A DNA stretch of 64,000 nt from Candidatus Latescibacterota bacterium. GTDB taxonomy: Bacteria; Latescibacterota; UBA2968; GCA-2709665. Shown here piece after piece: positions 40,397 to 50,322 of the stretch; position 1 is the stretch's first letter; the number at the start of each line of letters is the position of its first letter. The notes under the pieces are model-generated. The model did not search any database. It saw only the letters and a list, made by a program, of their open reading frames with translations, and was not told where the DNA came from. The DNA is taken from contig OZ244744.1 in NCBI GenBank assembly GCA_965219455.1, positions 3,904,001 to 3,968,000 on the forward strand, in the 5' to 3' direction. The translations under genes and the position numbers were made by a program.

Positions 40397-40747
40397 ATGC
40401 CCCTCTATAACACCGATCCTGAAATCCTCCTCAGGGAAGTGCAATTCCATCCCTTTCGCGGTGGGGGTCCGGGCGGCCAGCACAGAAACAAGGTTGAAAG
40501 CGCAGTCAGGCTTGTACACATTCCCACAGGAATCACGGTCGTTGCGTCCGAACATCGCCTCCAGGGGCGCAACAGGGACCTTGCCCTCCAGCGTCTCCGG
40601 CGGAAACTCATCGGATTGAACCACACGGCCAAACCCCGCGTACCCACCAGACCCTCGCGCGCGTCCAGGGCACGACGCCTGGAACATAAACGCCGTTTGT
40701 CGCGCAAGAAATCACTTCGCCGCATCGTGGACAGGTCGCATTTGTAG
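40397..40747 (+). CDS. arfB: Class I release-factor-like ribosome rescue hydrolase (ArfB-like)
   Basis: GGPGGQHRNKVESAVRLVH, basic tail RVPTRPSRASRARRLEHKRR. Confidence 0.8.
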   Translation: MPLYNTDPEILLREVQFHPFRGGGPGGQHRNKVESAVRLVHIPTGITVVASEHRLQGRNRDLALQRLRRKLIGLNHTAKPRVPTRPSRASRARRLEHKRRLSRKKSLRRIVDRSHL

Positions 40748-40862
40748 CCCTTCGACCGAGGGGTCGGGCCAACCTCCACGTCCCGTGCTATTCTGCGTCC
40801 GCCGGATCCCTGGTCGTTGCGCACACCGCCTACCGATATTTCGGCATATTCGACGGCAGGAC

Positions 40863-40890
40863 TGAATCAAATCGAAGGTTCGTGCGTCTT
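40863..40890 (+). promoter_or_regulatory. Candidate ECF-sigma promoter upstream of the RND gene
   Basis: TGAATC-N16-CGTCTT. Confidence 0.3.
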
Positions 40891-40982
40891 ATGTTTATGG
40901 CTTGTATCGGCCCTTAACATATGAAGCGCCCGGCAATCTATGTCCGGGACGGGACTCAAGAGGTCAACCGAGTGCCTTTTCT

Positions 40983-43900
40983 ATGAACGACCGATCTTCC
41001 CTTTTGTCACGCATTTCCGTCAATCGACCCGTGACGATAACGGTATGTCTGGTAGCCCTGCTCGTAATGGGCGCGGTGGCATATTCCCGGATCGCGGTAA
41101 AAATGATGCCCTCCGGGTTCGATCCGCCCTTTTTGTGGTTAAGCGTCCGGTATCCAGGCTCAAACGCCACGCCTCAGGAGGTCGAGCAGCAGATCACGCG
41201 CCCCCTGGAGGAGCGGCTTCGGACCATCAAAGGAATCGAAAAGGTCCGGACGTACACCGACAGCCGGGGCGTCGGCGCCCCCCTCCGGTTTCAGCAGGAT
41301 GCCGACATGACCCTGGCGTACAACCAATTGCGGGATCAGTTGGACCGCCTCAAACCGGAACTTCCGGACGAGGTGCGAGATCGGATTTTCGTGTGGAAGT
41401 ACAACGACGACGACCGGAGCATCATGTGGGTGGGCGCGGCCATGGACTCCACAATTGTCGATCCGTACCATTTCCTGGAAACACAGGTGCAACGGCCGTT
41501 GGAGCGGATAGACGGGGTGGCCAGAGTGCAACTTTGGGGTGCGGACCCCAAAGAGGTGATGATCGAGATCGACCGCGAGCAACTGATGGCGCGGGGCGTA
41601 AGCGTCTACCAGATGGTTCAGACCCTGCAGAACGACAATTTCGCGCTCAAGAGCGGATACGTGAACGAGGGAACGAAGAAATTCTACGTCCGGTCTCTGG
41701 CGCGATACCGCAGTCTGGAAGAGATCGGCAATATCCCGATCGATTCCCGTGAGGGTGGCGTCAGGCTGCGGGAGGTGGCCGACGTGGTCTACGATGTCCC
41801 GGCTCGAAGCTGGTATCAGCGAATCGACGGCCAGCCGGCCTCATCCGTCGGGATCAAGGCCGAATCGGGAGCCGACATCACAACGGTGTGTGACCGTGTG
41901 GCATCGGCCCTACGGCAGATCGAGACCGCGTCCGGTGCGGCCGGTAAAGTGCAATTCAACGTGTTTTACAATCAGGGCGAGTTCATCCGGGCTTCCGTTT
42001 CCAACTTGAGAAATACGGGCCTCTGGGGCGGGTTGTTTGCCGCGCTGGTCCTGCTGTTCTTCCTGCGGGTCATCCGTATGACGGCCATTATTACGCTGTC
42101 GATTCCGCTGTGCGCAATGATAACCGTAACGGTGCTTTATTTTTCGGGATGGTCTCTGAATCTCATGTCAATGATGGGTCTGATGGTGGGTGTGGGGATG
42201 GTTGTGGACAATGCGGTTGTGATTCTGGAGAACATCTATCGGCGGCGGGAGAAGGGCGAGTCGCCGAAGCAGGCGGCCGTCGTGGGCGCCAGCGAAGTCG
42301 CCATGGCGATCACCATGGCGACGCTGACCACGGTCGTGGTTTTTCTGCCGCTGATGTTGATGACCGGCAATGTGGGGATGACGTTTTATCTGTCTCGAAT
42401 GGGTGTCCCCGTTATCGTGATGCTGGTGGGGTCGTTGTTCGTGGCGCTCCTGATTATCCCGCTGGCCTCGGTGCGGTTCGGCGGCAGCCGGGTGAAGCCG
42501 GATTCCAGGTCGATCGGGTGGGCCCGGATGCGTTATGGCGGCGTGCTGAAATGGGCGTTGAGCCACCGTCGGGACGCAATATTGATCCTGCTGGCGGTAT
42601 TTGCAACCATTTCGATTCCGGCAGACAAAATGAAACGCTCGGATGCCTCCCGGGGAAACATCAACGATATCGATATCTATATTCGCACGCCCCGTGATTT
42701 CTCAACGAATGAGACCTTTGAATTGATGAACGAGGTGGAGGATTTTCTTAACTCCAAGCGGGAGGCATACGGTGTCAGGACCATCCGGTCCTGGTTCCGC
42801 AAGACCCGGGGAAATTTCGAGATCTACCTCGACTCCAATCCCAACGAAGCCTGGTGGTACGTCGCGTACAAGAACCTGAGGTCGGGTCTGGGCGTTCCGG
42901 TGGATAAAACGATAGCCCGCACCGAGGTCATTAAGGATCTGAAACAGAACATGCCCAAGTACGTGGGCGTGCGGATCGGCGTGGAGAGCCGCGGCAGAGG
43001 CGGCGGCGATCCTTCGGTTTCGGTGTATCTCTACGGAGACGACACCGAGGTGCTGGCCCCTCTCGTAACGGAAGTGGAGCGCCGGCTCCGGGCGATACCC
43101 TCGGTGGTAAACGTGGATTCGGACCTGGAACGGTCCACCGACGAGGCGCAGGTCCATATCGATCGGGAGCGGGCGAGGCGCTACGGGATTTCTCCACGGG
43201 TCGTGGCGCGAACGCTTGCCATTTCCATGCAGGGGGTGAGCCTGCCCCGGTTCCAGTCCGGCGAGCGTGAGGTGGATACGCGACTGTACCTGGAAGAGGC
43301 GGACCGGCAGACGCTGCACCATCTCAAGAGTTTTATGTTCAGGTCGGCGTCGGGCGAGGAAATTCCCCTTTCCGAACTGGCCAGCTTCAAGGTAACGCCC
43401 GGGCGCGGGAGAATTCGACGGGAAGACGGAAAGACGCGCCTGGCGGTGAGGGCGTTTACGACCAAGGACGATTTAAAGAGTCTCTACGCGGAAATCGATC
43501 GTGCGATGGCTGGCTTTGAGATGCCAAGGGGCTATTCGTGGAACAAGGGTGAGCGTTTCGCCAGGTTCCGGGAGTCCGACAACGAGACGATATTTGCGGT
43601 GGTGATGGCGGTTACCTGTGTCTTTCTGCTGATGGGGGTGTTGTTCGAGTCCGTGGTTCTTCCGTTCTCGGTGCTGTTTTCCATTCCGTTCTCATTCCTG
43701 GGGGTGTACTGGACGCTCTATCTGACCGGCACGCCGATGGACATGATGGCCAATATCGGCATGATTGTGCTGATCGGGGTGGTGGTAAACAACGCGATCG
43801 TGCTGGTGGATATGATCAACCGGATGCGCCTGGACGGGATGAACCGGACAGAGGCGATTCTGGAGGCCGGGCACAATCGTTTCAGGCCCATTCTGATGAC

Positions 43901-44141
43901 CACGTTTACCACGGTGTTCGGCCTGGTGCCAATGGCCCTGGGCAATACCAATTTGATCGGGATTCCCTATTCGCCGCTCGGTCGAACCCTGATGGGCGGG
44001 TTGTTTGTTTCCACGTTTCTGACCCTGCTGCTTGTGCCGATATTCTATACGTTGCTGGACGATCTGCGGACGTTTCTGCAGAGGATTGTAAGAGCCGCGT
44101 TCTACCGGCAGGCCGCCTACGATCAATCGGCGGACGATTGA
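40983..44141 (+). CDS. RND efflux transporter permease (AcrB/SwrC-like)
   Basis: GMVVDNAVVILENI, TLTTVVVFLP, GVVVNNAIVLVD, RFRPILMT. Confidence 0.92.
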   Translation: MNDRSSLLSRISVNRPVTITVCLVALLVMGAVAYSRIAVKMMPSGFDPPFLWLSVRYPGSNATPQEVEQQITRPLEERLRTIKGIEKVRTYTDSRGVGAPLRFQQDADMTLAYNQLRDQLDRLKPELPDEVRDRIFVWKYNDDDRSIMWVGAAMDSTIVDPYHFLETQVQRPLERIDGVARVQLWGADPKEVMIEIDREQLMARGVSVYQMVQTLQNDNFALKSGYVNEGTKKFYVRSLARYRSLEEIGNIPIDSREGGVRLREVADVVYDVPARSWYQRIDGQPASSVGIKAESGADITTVCDRVASALRQIETASGAAGKVQFNVFYNQGEFIRASVSNLRNTGLWGGLFAALVLLFFLRVIRMTAIITLSIPLCAMITVTVLYFSGWSLNLMSMMGLMVGVGMVVDNAVVILENIYRRREKGESPKQAAVVGASEVAMAITMATLTTVVVFLPLMLMTGNVGMTFYLSRMGVPVIVMLVGSLFVALLIIPLASVRFGGSRVKPDSRSIGWARMRYGGVLKWALSHRRDAILILLAVFATISIPADKMKRSDASRGNINDIDIYIRTPRDFSTNETFELMNEVEDFLNSKREAYGVRTIRSWFRKTRGNFEIYLDSNPNEAWWYVAYKNLRSGLGVPVDKTIARTEVIKDLKQNMPKYVGVRIGVESRGRGGGDPSVSVYLYGDDTEVLAPLVTEVERRLRAIPSVVNVDSDLERSTDEAQVHIDRERARRYGISPRVVARTLAISMQGVSLPRFQSGEREVDTRLYLEEADRQTLHHLKSFMFRSASGEEIPLSELASFKVTPGRGRIRREDGKTRLAVRAFTTKDDLKSLYAEIDRAMAGFEMPRGYSWNKGERFARFRESDNETIFAVVMAVTCVFLLMGVLFESVVLPFSVLFSIPFSFLGVYWTLYLTGTPMDMMANIGMIVLIGVVVNNAIVLVDMINRMRLDGMNRTEAILEAGHNRFRPILMTTFTTVFGLVPMALGNTNLIGIPYSPLGRTLMGGLFVSTFLTLLLVPIFYTLLDDLRTFLQRIVRAAFYRQAAYDQSADD

Positions 44142-44215
44142 TTGGCGCGGAGCGGCGAGGGATTGGACCGTTCCGCGGGTGGTCGTTGAAGTGGCTTTTC
44201 CTGGATGATGTCAAC

Positions 44216-44245
44216 GCCGGAGGCGCGGCCCTCCGGCCTTTTCTT
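44216..44245 (+). terminator. Rho-independent terminator
   Basis: GCCGGAGG-loop-CCTCCGGC followed by CTTTTCTT. Confidence 0.6.
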
Positions 44246-44355
44246 GTCCATGTCGCGGATGCACCAGGGTTGAAGTGGTTGGAGTTGTACGTTATATTGG
44301 GTTGGGTATTTCTGGAACGGGACACTGTATTCTCTGGCCATTAAAGGGAGTATCC

Positions 44356-45123
44356 GTGAATTTCAGGCCGTGTATCGATCTGCGCGGCGGGCGCGTGGTG
44401 CAAATTGTGGGAGGGTCTCTGTGCTGCGCCGCCACGCCGGCGACGAACTTCGAGACAGACCGTCTGGCGGCCGACTACGCGAAGATGTACAGGGCGGACA
44501 ACCTGCCGGGAGGTCACGTCATCCTGCTGGGACCGGACAACGAGACGGCCGCGCTGTCCGCGTTGTCCGCGTATCCCGGCGGGCTCCGGGTGGGAGGCGG
44601 CATCCGGCCGGAAAACGCGCACCGATATCTGGATGCCGGGGCCAGCCACGTGATTGTAACGTCGTATGTGTTCCGGGAGGGACGGGTGGAAACCGATCGG
44701 CTGGACAGGATGGTACGTGCTGTCGGCCGGGACCGCCTGGTGCTGGATCTGAGTTGCCGAAGGCGAGGCGGCGCGTATCTGGTGGTGACCGATTTGTGGC
44801 AGAGATTTACAAGCGTCCAGGTGCACGGGCCAACGTTGACCTGGCTTTCGGAATTTTGCGACGGCTTCCTCGTGCACGGCGTGGACGTCGAGGGTAGACG
44901 GACGGGGATTGAAGATGCGCTGGTGGAATTGCTGGGCGCCGAATCGCCGATAGACGTGACGTACGCGGGGGGCGTGCGGCGCCTTGAAGATCTGGACCGC
45001 GTCGAGAAACTGGGGAGGGGGCGCGTGGGGCTGACAATCGGCAGCGCATTGGATATATTCGGTGGCGACGTGTCCTATGCGGAGGTGGTGGCCTGGCAGC
45101 GACGACGCGAGCGGCCGGCGTGA
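44356..45123 (+). CDS. hisA: ProFAR isomerase, His6 (eukaryote-like) type
   Basis: FRPCIDLRGGRVVQIVGG, GGHVILLG, GASHVIVTS, LVLDLSC, HGVDVEG, TYAGG, LTIGSALDIFGG. Confidence 0.88.
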   Translation: MNFRPCIDLRGGRVVQIVGGSLCCAATPATNFETDRLAADYAKMYRADNLPGGHVILLGPDNETAALSALSAYPGGLRVGGGIRPENAHRYLDAGASHVIVTSYVFREGRVETDRLDRMVRAVGRDRLVLDLSCRRRGGAYLVVTDLWQRFTSVQVHGPTLTWLSEFCDGFLVHGVDVEGRRTGIEDALVELLGAESPIDVTYAGGVRRLEDLDRVEKLGRGRVGLTIGSALDIFGGDVSYAEVVAWQRRRERPA

Positions 45124-45200
45124 GGCCGCCCACCGGTCGTCCGGATGTCCTTGCCCCGTCTACCGCGTCAGGCCGGCTGCCATTTCCCGTGGAGAACCCG

Positions 45201-46232
45201 GTGACGACATTTGGGGAGATAGGTGAGATTGAATTTATCGAGCGGATCGCAGCGGCCGGATTGGTGCGGCCCGATGACGTGCGATGTGGTATCGGGGATG
45301 ATTGCGCCGTATTGGGGCGCGGCAACGAAAGGGTCCGCCTCATAACGTCCGATCTGATGGTGGAAGGCGTGCATTTCGTGGTTGAGGCTTCCGTTGCATG
45401 TTGGCTGGGTCACAAGCTGCTGGCAGTGAACCTGTCGGATATCGCGGCGATGGGCGGGGAGCCTCGTGAGGCGCTGGTTTCCGTGGCGGTTCCTCCCAAT
45501 TTCGACGTCGGCTATATGGAACGCGTATACGATGGATTGCGCGCATCCGCGGCCCGTTTTGGCGTGAACGTCGTGGGGGGTGACACAACGCGGAATACAG
45601 GGCCGCTGGTCATGAATCTGACGCTGACCGGCGAGATGGATCAGGACCGGGTGTGCTACCGCTCGGGCGCACGCCCAGGTGATCTGATCTACGTGTCCGG
45701 CACCCTGGGGGATTCCGCGGCAGGCTTGAAGCTGGCGTTGGGAGATGAAGCTGGGGTTTCGGAGGAGGACCGTGATTTTCTGTTGGGGAGGCACCACCGG
45801 CCGGAGCCCCGGTTGGCGCTGGGGCAGGCGCTGGCGGCATCGGGCGCCGTGACCGCGATGTTGGATCTCTCGGACGGGATGGCTTCGGATTTGCGGCATA
45901 TTTGCAGGCAGAGCCGGGTTTCCGCGGTGATAGGTGAAACGATGATTCCCGTTTCACCTGCGTTTCGGCGATTCTGCGAGCTTTCGAATGTCGGAACCCG
46001 GAGCCTGGCGATTTCAGGCGGAGAGGACTATGAATTGCTGTTTACCGTGGCGCCCGGGGGAAGCAATGACATCGAGGCGCTCGCCGGCGAGTCGCGGATT
46101 TGCCGCATCGGGCGGATCGAAACGGGAGACGGGCGCATTTATCTCGAAAACGCGGAGGGTGCGAGGACGAAGCTGGAGGCGCGCGGTTTCGACCATTTTT
46201 CAGGTTCCCATGCCCGTGGAACGATTCTCTGA
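45201..46232 (+). CDS. thiL: Thiamine-monophosphate kinase
   Basis: GEIEFI, GIGDDCA, EGVHF, VNLSDIAAMG, GGDT, DLSDG, GGEDYELLFT. Confidence 0.93.
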   Translation: MTTFGEIGEIEFIERIAAAGLVRPDDVRCGIGDDCAVLGRGNERVRLITSDLMVEGVHFVVEASVACWLGHKLLAVNLSDIAAMGGEPREALVSVAVPPNFDVGYMERVYDGLRASAARFGVNVVGGDTTRNTGPLVMNLTLTGEMDQDRVCYRSGARPGDLIYVSGTLGDSAAGLKLALGDEAGVSEEDRDFLLGRHHRPEPRLALGQALAASGAVTAMLDLSDGMASDLRHICRQSRVSAVIGETMIPVSPAFRRFCELSNVGTRSLAISGGEDYELLFTVAPGGSNDIEALAGESRICRIGRIETGDGRIYLENAEGARTKLEARGFDHFSGSHARGTIL

Positions 46233-46342
46233 AAACGCCTTGTATTCTGTCCCGGAGATAGATTGCCGAATGGTGTCATATCCCCGGGACAGGACACCAT
46301 AGTCGAATCGCACCAATTCGGAAGGACCAGGACCGGTAAGCC

Positions 46343-48784
46343 ATGTCCCGAATTCTCGAATCGAATCGTACAGACCGCCTGACCATGCCCGTCACCGGGA
46401 TGAGTTGTGCCGCCTGTGCCGCCCGGATCCAGGAGGAATTGAGAAAGATCCACGGCGTAAGCGAAGCGGTCGTCAACTACGCTACGGCAGAGGCCACCGT
46501 GCTGCTCAGGTGTGATCCGGCCGGCGTACAACAGCTTGTTCGGAGAATCGAGAGTCTGGGCTATGGTATACGCACAGAAGAAACGAAGCTTGCCATTCGC
46601 AACATGAGCTGTGCCGCCTGCGTCTCCCGGATTGAAAACGCATTGGCCGGCGTTCCCGGTGTCCTCGATGGCGAGGTCAACCTCGCGACCCGTCAGGCCG
46701 CCGTGCGCCATTTCAAGGTGCCGGCCTCCATCCTGACACGGGCAGTGACCGATGCCGGGTACGGCGCGACGGTCGTCGAAAAAGACGCGATTGAGGAAGA
46801 CGGTTTAGAGGCGGAAGAACGCTCGGAACGCCGTTCGGTGCGCATTCGTTTCATCGTTGCGGCCGTACTGTCAACGCTCATCATGAGCGTGGGCATGCTG
46901 CTCAAAATCCGCGGCGCGGCGTACCCCATCCAGGAGGTTCACCTTCTACTCTTCCTCCTGGCAACACCCGTGCAATTCTGGTGCGGCTGGCGATTTCTCA
47001 GGGGGTTCTGGAGTGGCCTGCGTCACAGGACTGCCGACATGAACAGCCTTATTGCCGTGGGCACGCTGGCGGCTTATGGATACAGCGTCGCCGGCGTGTT
47101 CGCTCCCGGTTCCGTCTACGGCGCGGGCCAGCCCGCCAGCGTCTACTTCGACACCTCCGCGATGATCGTCACCCTCATCCTTCTGGGCCGACTGCTGGAA
47201 ATCCGGTCCAGAGGCCGCACCACCGAAGCCATTCGCAGACTGATGGATCTTCGTCCGCAGACCGCATGTGTCATTCGAGATGGTGAAGAGTCGCCGGTTC
47301 CCGTGGACGACGTCGCCGTCGGCGACCTTATTCGCATCCGGCCGGGTGACAGAATTCCGGTGGACGGCGTTGTGCAGGAGGGGCATTCGAACGTCGACGA
47401 ATCCATAATTACCGGTGAGAGCATGCCCGTTGAAAAGGGGATCCTGAGCCGGGTTCTGGGGGCAACCCTCAACAAGACCGGGAGTTTCACGTTTAGAGCC
47501 TCGCAGGTTGGCGCCGAGACGGTGCATGCCCGAATCGTTCGGATGGTGCGCGAGGCCCAGGGCTCGCGCGCGCCCGTTCAGCGCATTGTAGACCGCGTTG
47601 CCGGTATCTTTGTACCCGTGGTCTTCGGGGTTGCCCTTCTTACGTTCGCCCTCTGGTGGATCACCGGGTCTGAATCCGGCACCCCCAACGCGTTGCTCAA
47701 CGCCGTAGCGGTCCTCATTATCGCATGTCCGTGCGCGCTCGGTCTGGCCACACCCACGGCCATTCTGGTCGGCACCGGCCGGGCGGCGGAACTGGGGGTG
47801 CTTATCAAGGGCGGCGCCGTCCTCGAAACCGCCCACCGGCTCGACACGATTGTCCTGGACAAAACCGGCACCCTCACAACCGGCCGCCCCGCCGTTACCG
47901 ATCTCGTCACCGCCGGTACATGCACGAAAACGGACCTACTCCAGTTGGCCGCGGCCGTCGAACAGGGTTCCGAACACCCCGTCGGAGAGGCCATCCGAAA
48001 CGCGGCGCGGGAACGGGGGCTGCGTATTGAAGATTCCCTGGAATTTGAAGCCCTGCCGGGGCTGGGCGTACGCGCAAAAAAGGCCGGTCGCACCATTCTT
48101 CTGGGCAACCGGCGGTTGATGGAAAACCGGGCTATAGTACCGAACGACCTGGAGGCGCGGGCGGCGCGCCTGGAAGCCGGCGGCAAAACGGTCCTTTTTG
48201 TCGCCGTAGACAATCAGGTAGAAGGTTTCATCGGCGTCGCCGACATCCTGAAGCCGGACGTCTTCCGCGCCGTCTCCGATCTCAAGTCACTGGATATGGA
48301 AGTCCTCCTCCTCACGGGAGACAACGCAAGAACCGCCGGGGCCATCGCGGAAGAGGCGGGCATCGGGCAGGTCATTGCCGAGGTCATGCCCGAAGAGAAA
48401 GCCGCCCGTATCGCAGCACTGCAAACCGAGCATCTTGTGGCCATGGTCGGGGATGGCGTCAACGACGCGCCTGCCCTGGCGACCGCCGACGTTGGCATTG
48501 CCGTGGGCACCGGCACGGCCGTCGCCATGGAAAGCGCGGACATCACCCTCATGTCCGGCAGCCTGTCCGGAATAGAAACCGCGATCCGCCTGTCGGGCCG
48601 GACCATGCGCACGATCCGCCAGAACTTGTTCTGGGCGTTTGTCTACAACGTTCTGCTGATTCCCGTAGCCGCTCTCGGCCTGCTCAACCCGATCGGCGGG
48701 CCCATGGTGGCAGCCGGCGCGATGGCCCTGAGTTCCGTCTCGGTAATCTCGAATTCACTCCGGATCAGGGGATTCATGCGATAG
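46343..48784 (+). CDS. copA: Cu+-type heavy-metal P1B ATPase
   Basis: Two HMA domains (MSCAAC), TGES, CPC, DKTGT, SEHP, GDGVNDA, YN and MALSS. Confidence 0.9.
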   Translation: MSRILESNRTDRLTMPVTGMSCAACAARIQEELRKIHGVSEAVVNYATAEATVLLRCDPAGVQQLVRRIESLGYGIRTEETKLAIRNMSCAACVSRIENALAGVPGVLDGEVNLATRQAAVRHFKVPASILTRAVTDAGYGATVVEKDAIEEDGLEAEERSERRSVRIRFIVAAVLSTLIMSVGMLLKIRGAAYPIQEVHLLLFLLATPVQFWCGWRFLRGFWSGLRHRTADMNSLIAVGTLAAYGYSVAGVFAPGSVYGAGQPASVYFDTSAMIVTLILLGRLLEIRSRGRTTEAIRRLMDLRPQTACVIRDGEESPVPVDDVAVGDLIRIRPGDRIPVDGVVQEGHSNVDESIITGESMPVEKGILSRVLGATLNKTGSFTFRASQVGAETVHARIVRMVREAQGSRAPVQRIVDRVAGIFVPVVFGVALLTFALWWITGSESGTPNALLNAVAVLIIACPCALGLATPTAILVGTGRAAELGVLIKGGAVLETAHRLDTIVLDKTGTLTTGRPAVTDLVTAGTCTKTDLLQLAAAVEQGSEHPVGEAIRNAARERGLRIEDSLEFEALPGLGVRAKKAGRTILLGNRRLMENRAIVPNDLEARAARLEAGGKTVLFVAVDNQVEGFIGVADILKPDVFRAVSDLKSLDMEVLLLTGDNARTAGAIAEEAGIGQVIAEVMPEEKAARIAALQTEHLVAMVGDGVNDAPALATADVGIAVGTGTAVAMESADITLMSGSLSGIETAIRLSGRTMRTIRQNLFWAFVYNVLLIPVAALGLLNPIGGPMVAAGAMALSSVSVISNSLRIRGFMR

Positions 48785-48825
48785 CAGTCCGTCGAAGGCG
48801 TCGGACTCGCTCCATACCCGGGCAT

Positions 48826-49947
48826 TCATCGCCGTTTCCTGGTATACGCCAGTATTCCGTTAACGAGCCGCTCCGCGTTGCGCTCCCTGTCCTTATGATA
48901 CCGAATCTGATACGCGTCGTCTTTATCGTGGACGTTGTGGATCTCAACCAGAATCTCGGCGTGGGCCGAATTATTCCGAAGTACCCACAGGCTCCGCCCC
49001 TGAACCCGCGCGGGCACGTCCGGATGGTTCAGAGCCGAACGCATGATGCGGGCGAAAGTTCTGGAACGGCTGTCAACCTTGCCCCGCCGTTTCAGATAGA
49101 TCGCCAAGGGACCCCTGGAACGCCCGGGGTTGTTGTCCGCATGCAGTGAGACAAACAGACGCCTGCCCCTGCGCGCCCTTTTGAAGAACCGGTTCGCAAC
49201 CCGAACGCGCTGCGAGAGATTGGCGCTCCTGGGTCGCACCCGATCGGAATTTCTCCGGTTGTAACGTTCATCGTTATAGACTTCGTTCTTTTCGTGGACG
49301 AACGTAACCTTGGCCTCCACGTTATCCCGAATCAGATGATTGGGGCTAATCACCGTCAATGCCACTTCCGCGCCCAGAAGTCGAAGTTTCCTGTACATTC
49401 GCAGTGCAATATCGTAGACATATTCATCTTCGACGACGTAAACCCGCTTGTTCTGGCCCGTTATATTGGAAACGATCGCTCCCGGATCGATCCCCCCGTG
49501 CCCGGGGTCGAGCACAATACGCCAGCCCTTGAGCGGCTGCCGTCTCTTCCTGTGGGCCCGGGAGAGAATCTCGTTGTCAAAGGCGCGCAACAGGATCTGA
49601 GCGCGCCGATAGTCCAGACTCGGGGTGGAACGCGAGGCCTCCGAATAGTTCCGGTGCCTTTGCCTGGCCGCGGTTGGCTTTCGCCAGTAGTACGGACCGT
49701 TCTGCGCCTCATATTTGACAATTCTTGGACCCAGCCGCAGCACCTGCCCCGGATAGATGTTATTTGTGCGTAGCTTGTTGATTCGCTTGATCTCCCGGAT
49801 GCTTGTCTGGAACTGCCGGGCTATGGAATACAGAGTGTCGCCCTTCCGGACCTCGTAGTCCGGCGAGAGCGCGGCAAGGGGACTTGCGAACAGCATGACC
49901 AGGCAAAGCCCGGCAGTCAGCAGGCGCAAATGTCGATAGTTTTCCAT
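48826..49947 (-). CDS. LysM-containing N-acetylmuramoyl-L-alanine amidase (Amidase_3)
   Basis: Signal peptide; LysM YEVRKGDTLYSIA; LDPGHGGIDPGA, VSLHAD, ILVE. Confidence 0.85.
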   Translation of the reverse strand: MENYRHLRLLTAGLCLVMLFASPLAALSPDYEVRKGDTLYSIARQFQTSIREIKRINKLRTNNIYPGQVLRLGPRIVKYEAQNGPYYWRKPTAARQRHRNYSEASRSTPSLDYRRAQILLRAFDNEILSRAHRKRRQPLKGWRIVLDPGHGGIDPGAIVSNITGQNKRVYVVEDEYVYDIALRMYRKLRLLGAEVALTVISPNHLIRDNVEAKVTFVHEKNEVYNDERYNRRNSDRVRPRSANLSQRVRVANRFFKRARRGRRLFVSLHADNNPGRSRGPLAIYLKRRGKVDSRSRTFARIMRSALNHPDVPARVQGRSLWVLRNNSAHAEILVEIHNVHDKDDAYQIRYHKDRERNAERLVNGILAYTRKRR

Positions 49948-50092
49948 AATTATCGTTCTACGCGGAAGCACCAATAGATCGGCGACCACACCTGTCACGC
50001 CCTCCTGAGAGAGCACTTCAGATATTACGCTATTTGTCTGCAAAAGACAAGTCGCCTCCGCCCGGGAACGAGGGGGCAACGACGGCCCGATC

Positions 50093-50128
50093 CGGTTGTT
50101 TTCGCCTCACGTATGGTGTTATTCACCA
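50093..50128 (+). promoter_or_regulatory. Putative enhancer (UAS) sites for a PspF-like activator
   Basis: Palindrome TGGTGTTATTCACCA (50114-50128) and a degenerate copy CGGTTGTTTTCGCCT 21 bp upstream. Confidence 0.55.
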
Positions 50129-50213
50129 ACAGTCGATGACAGCCCTGTCTCGTTGTACGGAATAAATTCAGTAAATACAGATACATAATCAAAGTGTGGT
50201 TTTTTTGTCATAC

Positions 50214-50229
50214 GGGTACGGTTCTTGCC
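50214..50229 (+). promoter_or_regulatory. sigma54 (-24/-12) promoter of the pspA operon
   Basis: GG-TACGGTTCTT-GC with exact GG-N10-GC spacing; AT-rich, IHF-like tract (AATCAAAGTGTGG) upstream. Confidence 0.65.
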
Positions 50230-50322
50230 TCGTGTGGTCGGCAGAACGGTGGAGGAGAACCGGAAATCGGATTTTCTTAACATGGTGGCGTTCAGATGCC
50301 CACCTTAGAAGGGAGTACGACC

